The translations under genes and the position numbers were made by a program. From an uncultured Acetobacteraceae bacterium (GTDB taxonomy: Bacteria > Pseudomonadota > Alphaproteobacteria > Acetobacterales > Acetobacteraceae), in assembly GCA_964252545.1 (NCBI GenBank), contig CAXUNX010000001.1, positions 18,552 to 82,551 of the forward strand: a DNA stretch of 64,000 nucleotides, written 5' to 3'. Below the pieces are notes generated by a model. That model searched no databases. It saw nothing but the letters and a program-made list of their open reading frames with translations, and was not told where the DNA came from. This document shows positions 49,852 to 57,975 of the stretch, one piece after another (positions within the stretch are counted from its first letter, which is position 1; each line of letters opens with the position of its first letter).

Positions 49852-50055
49852 GGATGGTCTCCTTCCCGGTTCGCTTTGCCGGCCGGCCCCGGCGATCGCG
49901 CCGCGTCGATTGCTCGCAACGCTGCGCCGCAGCCTGCCGGTCTCCGGCCCTGTGAGCTGGTCTCCCACTCGTTGGCGGGAGCGCAAATAGCTCTAGCGCG
50001 ATTGCCGGTGGACGATAAGCTGGTTGAAGTCCATAAATAGGCATCGAGCGTCCAG

Positions 50056-51021
50056 ATGGATACGCTTTCACAGGTTCTGCAAGTAGCTCGCGCCCGATCT
50101 CCGCTGATCGCCGACCTGCGCCTGGGGCAAGATCTCTCGATCGGCCTTCCGGCGCTTGGCGGGCTTCCATTCCATTACGTGGTGAGCGGAACGTGCCGCC
50201 TCGATGCCGGAGGCGAACGTGTCGATCTCACGGCTGGCGACCTGGTCATGCTTGCGCGGACGCCCTACTACAGGCTCGAAACGCGGCACGGCGTCCGGCG
50301 GGTCGAGATCATGGATTTCGCCGAACGGGACAGCTTCTCCGTTGATGGCTTGCGCGACGGCCGGAACCAGATGCTCAAGCGAAAGATCGGCGACGGCGCG
50401 GCAGCAGCGCGCGTGTTCTCGGCGATCCTTATGCCAGGCGGTCGGGACGGAAGCCCGCTCACTCGCGATCTACCCGCCGTTACGTTGCTGCGTGACGTGA
50501 AATCAGTGCTTGAGCCTTGGCTGATCGCGGCGATCGACTTCATGTCGGCGGAGGTGCGCGAGTTTGAGCCCGGGCTCAGCGCGATCGCGGAGCGGCTGAT
50601 CGAGGTCATCTTCCTGTCGGTGCTGCGCAAATGGCTGCTGGATGGGAACCACCAGAAGGGCTGGATGCGCGGGTTGACGGACCCGACGATCGCACGCGTG
50701 CTGAACGCGATACACGCCGAGCCCCGCCGGCACTGGACCCTGAGCGACCTGGCAGTCGTCGCAGGTCGCTCGCGATCGGGCCTGGCGCAGTATTTCCGCG
50801 ACATCATGGGGGAGACGCCGTTCGGCTACATCACCCGCTGGCGTATGCATCTCGCCGCCCTGGCGATTGCGCAGGGCGGCCATTCCGTCGCCGATGTCGC
50901 GGAGAGCGTGGGCTATCGTGGATCGCCAGCGTTCGCGCGGACATTCTTCGCGACCTATGGCGAGACCCCGGCCCAGTACAGCCGGCGATGCCGTAGCAAG
51001 GTCATCCTCCATCAGAACTGA
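50056..51021 (+). CDS. AraC family regulator (cupin_6 / RclR-like)
   Basis: MDTLSQVL, FHYVVSG.C, GWMRGLTDP.IAR, WTLSDLA, YITRWRM, VAESVGY. Confidence 0.9.
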   Translation: MDTLSQVLQVARARSPLIADLRLGQDLSIGLPALGGLPFHYVVSGTCRLDAGGERVDLTAGDLVMLARTPYYRLETRHGVRRVEIMDFAERDSFSVDGLRDGRNQMLKRKIGDGAAAARVFSAILMPGGRDGSPLTRDLPAVTLLRDVKSVLEPWLIAAIDFMSAEVREFEPGLSAIAERLIEVIFLSVLRKWLLDGNHQKGWMRGLTDPTIARVLNAIHAEPRRHWTLSDLAVVAGRSRSGLAQYFRDIMGETPFGYITRWRMHLAALAIAQGGHSVADVAESVGYRGSPAFARTFFATYGETPAQYSRRCRSKVILHQN

Positions 51022-51045
51022 TGACGAGGCCGAAGCGCCCTGGTT

Positions 51046-51954
51046 TTAGTTCTGGCGGCGTCGCGAGGCACTTTGCCGCATGAACGAATCGACGATCCTG
51101 TTGAATCCGTCCGGGTTCTCGAGTTGCGGGAAATGGTTCGGCGACGGCACCGTGACTTGGCTTCCGCCGGTGGCGCGCGCGCTGAGCTGGGCCACGGCCT
51201 CGATCGACGGGTTCCAGCCGCCGGTGACCACGAGCACCGGGATCTTGGCCTCGGCGACGGTCTCGGCAGCCCGTCTGAGAGCGGGAGGCGGCGCCATGCG
51301 CCCCTGCAGAAGGGCGCAGCCAAGCCGCCTTGCCGCCTGATCATCGAGTTCGGCAACGTTGCGGGCCGTCTTCGCACCGCTCGGCCCGACCAGGCTGCGC
51401 ATGAAGGCACGCGCGTAATCGGCCGGCGTTTGCGCCGTCAGCAGAGGCTCCAGGAAACGCATCACCGCTGCCTTGACGGCAGGGTTGGTCTCGAACTCGG
51501 GATCGGTCATCGCCAGCCCCTGCAGGGCCGGCTCGACCAGGATGAGGCAATGCACCGCAGCCGGACGTCGGGCAGCCGCAAGCAACGCCTCGGCGCCGCC
51601 CCAGGAATGGCCGATCAGGTTGGCACCGTCGCCGAGCATCTCGGAGATCCAGATGGCGTCCTGCTCCATGTCGTCCACCCCGCGCGAGGGGCTCTGGCCA
51701 AATCCCGGACGCTCGGCGAGCGCCACGTGCCAGCCCTGTTCGGCAAGGACTTGCTGCTTGGCGAAACTCACCGGGCCACCCCCGATGCCGCCCTGCACGC
51801 CACCATGGATGATCAGGACGAGAGGACCGGAGGTCCCGAACCGCTCGACGTGAATCGGTAGCCTGGACGCTTCCGCCTCCGGCATTCGTGCCGGAGCCGA
51901 AGCGCACTGCGCCACCAGTGCCGAATGTTTCTCCATGATCATGGAGAGCGACAT
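51046..51954 (-). CDS. Alpha/beta hydrolase
   Basis: IHGG, RPGFGQS, GHSWGG, SPNHFPQ. Confidence 0.82.
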   Translation of the reverse strand: MSLSMIMEKHSALVAQCASAPARMPEAEASRLPIHVERFGTSGPLVLIIHGGVQGGIGGGPVSFAKQQVLAEQGWHVALAERPGFGQSPSRGVDDMEQDAIWISEMLGDGANLIGHSWGGAEALLAAARRPAAVHCLILVEPALQGLAMTDPEFETNPAVKAAVMRFLEPLLTAQTPADYARAFMRSLVGPSGAKTARNVAELDDQAARRLGCALLQGRMAPPPALRRAAETVAEAKIPVLVVTGGWNPSIEAVAQLSARATGGSQVTVPSPNHFPQLENPDGFNRIVDSFMRQSASRRRQN

Positions 51955-52164
51955 GCTATCTGCTCCCTGCGAGGATGCCACACGGGGGCTGCCGGAAGCC
52001 CCCGAGCCGAGGCGACACTCCCATCGATCCGACATGGCTAGCACCTCGAAAATGCACCAGCAACTCTGCCATCATGCGAAACGTCCATCGGCGCTGCGTG
52101 CGGACCTGCCTTCATGCCACCCCGATCCTGGCGAGACGCTGCGGATCTGGTGGCCCGGCGGCCG

Positions 52165-53052
52165 CTACGGGGCGGTGGTCTTCGTGCCCGCGACCAGATC
52201 AGCGAGGAACTGGCCGATCGAGCGCGGCTCACGCTCAAGCACCGCGCGCAGCGTCAACGGGTTGCCGAGAAGCCCATAGCGGTCATAGTACGCGTACATC
52301 GCCGCCAGTTCTTCGGTCTGGTGTTCGTCGTATGGAAGCTTGGCCTGCGCCATCCATGTATCGAAGTCGGGTGCCGCGGCCTCGATGCGGCGTTCCAGCA
52401 CCGCACTGATCGCATCCGCCATCTCAACGCGGTCATGTCCTGCATCCGCACAGAGTTCGAACGTCCCATTGACCAGGCGGTCCTCCGTGAATGCCATGGC
52501 GGCCACCTCGGCCACATCCCGGTAATCCACCCTGGAAATTCTCGAAGCTGCCGAGAACGGCTCGGCAAACACGCCGGTCTTGACCACGCCGGGCCAGGCA
52601 GCCGCCAGGTTCTGGTAGAACACCGCGGGATGCAGGATCGTGAACTCCAGCCCGGACTCGATGATCGCTTCTTCAACCGGCACCTTCTGGATGTGGTTCT
52701 GCAGCTTGCCGATGACCGGGTGGATGGCGGACGAGAACACGATGCGCCGCACGCAGGCCTCCTTGGCCGCGGCCACGAAGGCCAGGCCCATTTCGGCCTC
52801 GTCCTTCTGGTAGACGGGTGCGATATAGAACGCCGCCTCGATGCCGTGCAGCGCCGCCTCGAGGCTGGCCCGGTCCCGCAAGTCGCCAAGTGCGAATTCT
52901 GCAGCCCCGTTGCGCTCGGCCTGCCTGCCCTGCTGCTCGTTATGGACCAGTCCCCGGACGCTGACGCCGCGGCTCGCCAAGGCGGGAACCACCAGCCCGG
53001 CGAAGCGCCCTGCCGCGCCAACAACGAGGACCCTGGAGGTGGAATCATTCAT
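52165..53052 (-). CDS. NmrA-like NAD(P)-binding protein
   Basis: VLVVGAAG, GDLRDRASL, K..VEEAIIESGLEFTILHP, VDYRDVAEVA. Confidence 0.85.
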   Translation of the reverse strand: MNDSTSRVLVVGAAGRFAGLVVPALASRGVSVRGLVHNEQQGRQAERNGAAEFALGDLRDRASLEAALHGIEAAFYIAPVYQKDEAEMGLAFVAAAKEACVRRIVFSSAIHPVIGKLQNHIQKVPVEEAIIESGLEFTILHPAVFYQNLAAAWPGVVKTGVFAEPFSAASRISRVDYRDVAEVAAMAFTEDRLVNGTFELCADAGHDRVEMADAISAVLERRIEAAAPDFDTWMAQAKLPYDEHQTEELAAMYAYYDRYGLLGNPLTLRAVLEREPRSIGQFLADLVAGTKTTAP

Positions 53053-53149
53053 GGCTGTGCGCTCCTGCTGTTCGCAGATCCCGACTTGGTGGCGCCGTTC
53101 CAGGCTTGTATAGCGAAACGCTGCGTTCTCTCCCAAGCAGGGCTTATGA

Positions 53150-54121
53150 ATGGACCGTGTCGCCGCGATGCAAAGCTTTGTGCATACGGTCGAGCGGGGC
53201 AGCTTCGCCGCGGCGGCGGCCGGTCGTGGGCTATCGGCGACGATGGTCGGCAATCACATCCGGTTCCTGGAAGCCCGGCTCGGCGCGTTGCTGCTCAACC
53301 GGACGACGCGGCAGCAGCATGTCACCGAGTTCGGACGTTCGTACTACGAGCGTTGCCGCGCGATCCTGGCCGAGATCGAGGCGGCCGAGACGGCGGCCGA
53401 GGCGGTGCAATCGGTTTCACGCGGGCTGCTGCGGGTGACCGCGCCGGTGACTCTGGGTACCACCGTGCTGCCAGCCCTGCTTGCCGGCTATCTGAGCCGC
53501 AACCAAGCGGTGCGGGTCGATCTCGTTCTGCAGGACCACCGGCTTGATCTGCTGGCCGACGAGCTGGACGTGGCGATCAGGGCAGGCGCGCTGCCTGATT
53601 CGAGCCTGATGGCCCGTGCGCTGCCGCCGCTGCAACTGGTGGTCTGTGCTGCTCCCGTCTACCTGGCCGCGCACGGGACGCCGGCCACCCCGGCCGATCT
53701 GGCCTTGCACAACTGCCTGGATTTCGCCCATGCCGCGGAACCGCTGCTCTGGCGGTTCTCAGGCGAGGGCGGCGAGGTGGCCGTGGGCGTCAACGGCAAC
53801 CTGCGCATCAACAGCGGACCCGCGCTCCGCGCCGCGGCGCTGCAGGGGATCGGGATCGTCATGCAGCCGGAGATCGTCGTGGCGGACGACCTGGCGGCCG
53901 GGCGGCTTGTTCACCTGCTGGCCGACCACGCGGCACCGGCACTCAAGCTGCATCTACTGACGCTGCCAAACCGTCGTCCGACGCCAAAGCTGCGAGGCTT
54001 CATTGAATATGTCGCAGCAGAGCTTGGTCGGAGCTCGCGCGCGGGCGGCCGTGGCGCGCAGACATCCGGCCGGCCCGGACGATCGCCCAGCCCCGGGAAG
54101 AATGCGCAACGCGCTTCCTGA
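53150..54121 (+). CDS. LysR family regulator (CrgA/DmlR-like)
   Basis: GSFAAAA HTH, LEARLGALLLNRTTR, DVAIRAG, HNCL. Divergent from nmrA. Confidence 0.92.
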   Translation: MDRVAAMQSFVHTVERGSFAAAAAGRGLSATMVGNHIRFLEARLGALLLNRTTRQQHVTEFGRSYYERCRAILAEIEAAETAAEAVQSVSRGLLRVTAPVTLGTTVLPALLAGYLSRNQAVRVDLVLQDHRLDLLADELDVAIRAGALPDSSLMARALPPLQLVVCAAPVYLAAHGTPATPADLALHNCLDFAHAAEPLLWRFSGEGGEVAVGVNGNLRINSGPALRAAALQGIGIVMQPEIVVADDLAAGRLVHLLADHAAPALKLHLLTLPNRRPTPKLRGFIEYVAAELGRSSRAGGRGAQTSGRPGRSPSPGKNAQRAS

Positions 54122-54214
54122 TTGGACAGTTCGGTCGCCGCAACGAAGATCATCGCCCGTGCCACCAAACGTTGCCCGCCAGCGACACCGCCAGCGGGAA
54201 GGCGGCCGCTTCTG

Positions 54215-54955
54215 TCAGAAGATCATGCCGCCCGCGACGTCCATCGTGCTGCCGGTGATCCAGTCTGCGTCGCTGGACACCGCATAGGAGACGAACGCGG
54301 CGATGTCCTTCGGCAGACCCACGCGGCCGAGCAGGGTCTTGGCCACCAGGAAGTCGGTCACCCCCGCGGCGGACTCCGCGTTGCCATCGGTGGCGGTGAA
54401 GCCGGGCGCCACGCCCACCACGCGGATCTTGCGCGGACCAAGCTCCATCGCCAGCGAGCGGGTGAGCGTGTCCACCGCCCCTTTCGTGGAGCTGTAGACA
54501 TGCACCATCGGATAGGGGCTCTTTGCCAGGCCCGAGCTGATGTTGACGATCACTCCCCCCTCGGGCAGCACGCGCGCCGCCGCCTGGGTGGTGAGCAGCA
54601 GACCGCGGACATTCAAGGCGTAATGCTCGTCGAAGCTCTCGGGGGTGATGGTGTCCAGCGTGTCGACTTTGTAGACGCCGGCGTTGTTGACCAGGATGTC
54701 GAGCCTGCCGAACTGCCGCAGCGCGGCGTCGATCAGCGGCTGGATTTCGGCCGGCTTCGAGATGTCGGCGCGGACCCCGAATGCGGTGCCGCCCGCCGCC
54801 TCGATGCGCCCGACGACGGTGGCGGCCGCATCCGCCGAGCGCGAGTAGTTGATGACCACGGAGGCGCCGTCGGCCGCAAGACGCTCGGCGATCCCGGCGC
54901 CGATGCCTTTCGACGAGCCGGTGACGATCGCGACCTTTCCAGCCAAGTTTCGCAT
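54215..54955 (-). CDS. SDR family oxidoreductase (FabG/GDH-like)
   Basis: TGSSKGIG, NNAG, YSSTK. Confidence 0.92.
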   Translation of the reverse strand: MRNLAGKVAIVTGSSKGIGAGIAERLAADGASVVINYSRSADAAATVVGRIEAAGGTAFGVRADISKPAEIQPLIDAALRQFGRLDILVNNAGVYKVDTLDTITPESFDEHYALNVRGLLLTTQAAARVLPEGGVIVNISSGLAKSPYPMVHVYSSTKGAVDTLTRSLAMELGPRKIRVVGVAPGFTATDGNAESAAGVTDFLVAKTLLGRVGLPKDIAAFVSYAVSSDADWITGSTMDVAGGMIF

Positions 54956-54988
54956 GATTGCTCCTGAAACGTATCGCTCACTATGATT

Positions 54989-55029
54989 GGTCTAGGAAGC
55001 TTGATCCACCCGGTCAAGCTTCATATGAG
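54989..55029. promoter_or_regulatory. Overlapping divergent promoters / inverted repeat between SDR and TetR
   Basis: Perfect IR GAAGCTTGA-N9-TCAAGCTTC (54996-55022) contains back-to-back -35 elements: TTGATC-N17-TATGAG (+) and TTGACC-N17-TAGACC (-). Confidence 0.55.
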
Positions 55030-55037
55030 TGATCGCC

Positions 55038-55811
55038 ATGGAGAATGCGCCTGCGCCGATGCGCAGCAAGGGCGGTCGACGCCTGTCCTTCAACCGCGAT
55101 GTCGCGTTGCGCAAAGCCATGCTGCTGTTCTGGCGGCACGGCTACGAAGGCACCTCGCTGAACGCGCTGACCGCAGCCCTCGGCGTCACGCCCCCGAGCA
55201 TCTATGCAGCCTTCGGGGACAAGCAGCGGCTGTTCATGGAAGCGGTCGAGCTCTACCTGTCCGGCGGGCTGCGTGCCGAGCAGGTGATCGACCAGGCTGC
55301 AACCGCGCGCGCAGCGGCAGGCCGCATGCTGAGCCTGGCTGCGGTCGGGTTCACCGGCGACGACACGCCGTCGGGCTGCCTGCTCGCCACGTCGGCCATC
55401 AGCTGTTCCAAGGAGTCCGCCGGGGTCCAGGCGGCACTCGCCGCGATGCGAGGGGGAATCGAGCAGCATCTGTGTCAGCGTATCTCCCGCGGCGTCGCCA
55501 CCGGTGAGCTCCCGCCGGGCACCAACGCCGCGTCCCTGGCCGGTCTGGTGATGGCGGTGATCCAGGGCATGTCCACGCTCGCCCGCGACGGCGCCTCCAG
55601 GACTCATCTCCTGGCAATCGCCGAGCAGGCCTTGGCCGGCTGGCCGCCCGAGCCCGGCGATCTGTTCGGTGGTGCAGCGCCATCATCAGCAAGCACCTTG
55701 ACGAGCAATGCGAAGAGTTTGTCGCGCTCCGCCGCGCTCAAGCGGCGGAAGGATGTCTCAAGCACGCCCTCCACCACTTTCGAGCCGTCCGCCAGCACCC
55801 GCCGGCCTTGA
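55038..55811 (+). CDS. TetR/AcrR regulator (ComR/NemR-like) with anomalous C-terminal read-through
   Basis: LFWRHGYEGTSL..LT.ALGVTPPSIYAAFGDK, GCLL, QGMS. Homology ends near LAGWP (~55650) but the ORF runs ~50 aa further. Confidence 0.85.
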   Translation: MENAPAPMRSKGGRRLSFNRDVALRKAMLLFWRHGYEGTSLNALTAALGVTPPSIYAAFGDKQRLFMEAVELYLSGGLRAEQVIDQAATARAAAGRMLSLAAVGFTGDDTPSGCLLATSAISCSKESAGVQAALAAMRGGIEQHLCQRISRGVATGELPPGTNAASLAGLVMAVIQGMSTLARDGASRTHLLAIAEQALAGWPPEPGDLFGGAAPSSASTLTSNAKSLSRSAALKRRKDVSSTPSTTFEPSASTRRP

Positions 55812-55858
55812 TCTGTGAGTGTAGGGAAGAGGGCTCTGCCGACGCCGGAGTGACGGTC
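55604..55858 (-). pseudogene. C-terminal fragment of a MarR-family regulator
   Basis: DRHSGVGRALFPTLTDQGRRVLADGSKVVEGVLETSFRRLSAAERDKLFALL fits MarR wing plus helices 5-6. The N-terminus is missing. Confidence 0.6.
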
Positions 55859-56199
55859 AGGAGACCGAGGCGGCGCTGCGGTATCGCGGCACCGTGCTGA
55901 ACGCCCTGCGCGAGGTCGAGGACGGTCTGGTTTCCTTTCGGGCCGACCGGACAGAGCGCGACCGCCTGGACGGAGTGCTGCGATCGGCCGATCAAACCCT
56001 GGCCCTGGCGACCAGCCGCTACGCGCACGGCCTGTCGGACTACCTGCAGGTGCTCGACGCCCAGCGCACCGTCGAGGACAACCGGCAGCAGCTGGTCCAG
56101 CAGGACATGACGCTCGCCAACGATGTGGTCACGCTGTATCGGGCACTCGGGGGTGGCTGGGAAGCGCCAGGAGCGGCGAGCCCCGGTGCCGCGCAATGA
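55858..56199 (+). pseudogene. C-terminal fragment of a NodT/OprM outer-membrane efflux protein
   Basis: YRGTVLNALREVEDGL...RYAHGLSDYLQVLDAQR...LYRALGGGW. Only ~110 of ~480 aa remain. Confidence 0.85.
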
Positions 56200-56445
56200 A
56201 CCGGAACGATAAACCCAACCTATACGGCAAGGCCGGAGCTTCTTGTGTTCCGGCCCGATCGCAGCCAGCTTGAAGCCCCGTGACGATGCCCCACCGTGAC
56301 ATCATCCCTGACGTGATATAACAACTTCACCGCGTATCCTCGATATCGGTGTCGCCGCACCAGAGCGGGCGCAAGCATGAAAGCCCATCCCACCCGACGA
56401 TCTCGCCCTGCCGCAACGTTCCACCCGCACCGGAGAGAATAGGAC

Positions 56446-56961
56446 ATGAGTACCACCCGATCGACAATGCTGGCCGCGACGTTGCTGCTGTCGGTATCTC
56501 CTTGTGCGCTGGCGGTTGGTCTGGCGACCCCCGAAAACGTGCCGGCGCTGCAAACGGCTCCCGACCCACATCCCTACGACACCACCGCGGACGCGCACGC
56601 GCAGATCGACCGGCAATTCGAGGCGGCCAAGCGGAGCGGCCGCGACGTGCTGATCGATTTCGGCGCCAACTGGTGCCCTGACTGCCGCATGCTCAGCGGC
56701 GTGCTGCAGATGCCTGAGGTGAAGCCCTGGGCAAGCAGCCATTTCGAGACGGTGATGGTCAACGTCGACCGTTTCAACGTCAACATGGATATCCCGGCGC
56801 GCTACGGAGTGAAGATCAAGCAGATCCCCACCGTGTTGATCTTGACGCCGGGTGGAAAGCTGCTGAACGCCGATGCGACCCTCACGCTCGGTGATGCGCG
56901 CCACATGTCACCGCAGGCACAGGTGGATCTGATCGCAAGCTGGGACGCCCGCGGGCGGTAG
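56446..56961 (+). CDS. Exported thioredoxin-family protein
   Basis: Signal peptide, VLIDFGANWCPDC, and cis-Pro IPT. Confidence 0.85.
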   Translation: MSTTRSTMLAATLLLSVSPCALAVGLATPENVPALQTAPDPHPYDTTADAHAQIDRQFEAAKRSGRDVLIDFGANWCPDCRMLSGVLQMPEVKPWASSHFETVMVNVDRFNVNMDIPARYGVKIKQIPTVLILTPGGKLLNADATLTLGDARHMSPQAQVDLIASWDARGR

Positions 56962-57378
56962 GTGTTCCGCAGCTGCGTGGGCCGGCCGCGGCCGCCGGGA
57001 GCAGGAAAGCGTTTAACAGTCTCGGCGAGTGCGGACAGTCGAATTATAAAACGTTGCGGTTTGCGGGCGGACGGTGTGTAGAGAGGCATGCCGATTCTGC
57101 GCACGAGCTTCAACGTTCCTTGCATGCGCGAACCGCAACCGTTCATCATCCAGGGGGTCGCCCCCGGCAGGGATCAGACCGCAAGAAAGGTCGTTGGCGA
57201 CGGAGTTTGTCTACCGGAGCGAAACGAAGTGCCTGCGGCACCGGCGGAAGTTGGTGGTGGCTCCCGATCCTTCCCGGAGCACGGCTCGATGTACCGGCAC
57301 GCCGGCAGCAGCGGCGATGCGCAGATTTGTGCATCGCGGGAGCCGCGCTCCCGTCGGTTTGGTTCAAACCAGACCAGG

Positions 57379-57975
57379 GTGGCGCAGACCGGCAGGCACG
57401 AGCAGCTGCGCCGTTCAACCGCAGCCACGCACCGGGAGCTTGAAGCCACGTTGCAGCGCGCCGGCTTTTTCGCCGGCGAGGCGGGATACCGGCGCTATCT
57501 GGGCGCGGTGGCTCCGCTTTACGCGGCCCTGGAAGCGGCGCTCGACATCGCCGGTGCCGGGCTGCTGCTGCCTGACTGGCCACGCCGCCGCAAGTCGGAG
57601 CTGATCCTGGCGGAGCTTGGGGCCGAACCTGAACCCGAATTCGCGGCGGCCATCGCGGCGCGGCTCGACCCACCCCAGGGCTGGGGGGCAGGGGACGTGC
57701 TCGGGGCCCTCTACGTCCTCGAAGGCGCCACCCTGGGCGGCGCGGTGCTGGCCCGACAGATGCGGTTGTGCGGCGCGGCGGGGTGGGACACGCGGTGCCT
57801 GCTTGACCCGTACGGAAGCGAACGCGGCCTCCTGTGGCGGGTTTTTCTTGAACGCCTCGAGACCACCCAACTCACGCCTGCTGACGAGGTGGCGCTGTGC
57901 TCGCGCGCCAAGGCGACCTTCGCGCTGTTTTCCGTCGCCACGACGCAGCCGGCCCGTGTCGGATCAGCACGGTGA
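57379..57975 (+). CDS. bphO: Biliverdin-producing haem oxygenase
   Basis: LRRSTAATHRELE (proximal His), GALYVLEGATLGG, W..FL..L. Overlaps the bphP start. Confidence 0.88.
   Translation: MAQTGRHEQLRRSTAATHRELEATLQRAGFFAGEAGYRRYLGAVAPLYAALEAALDIAGAGLLLPDWPRRRKSELILAELGAEPEPEFAAAIAARLDPPQGWGAGDVLGALYVLEGATLGGAVLARQMRLCGAAGWDTRCLLDPYGSERGLLWRVFLERLETTQLTPADEVALCSRAKATFALFSVATTQPARVGSAR

Noticed and set aside
57088-57378. Long N-terminal extension of bphO or a separate small ORF
   Set aside because: It has no recognisable homology; haem oxygenase similarity begins near 57379.
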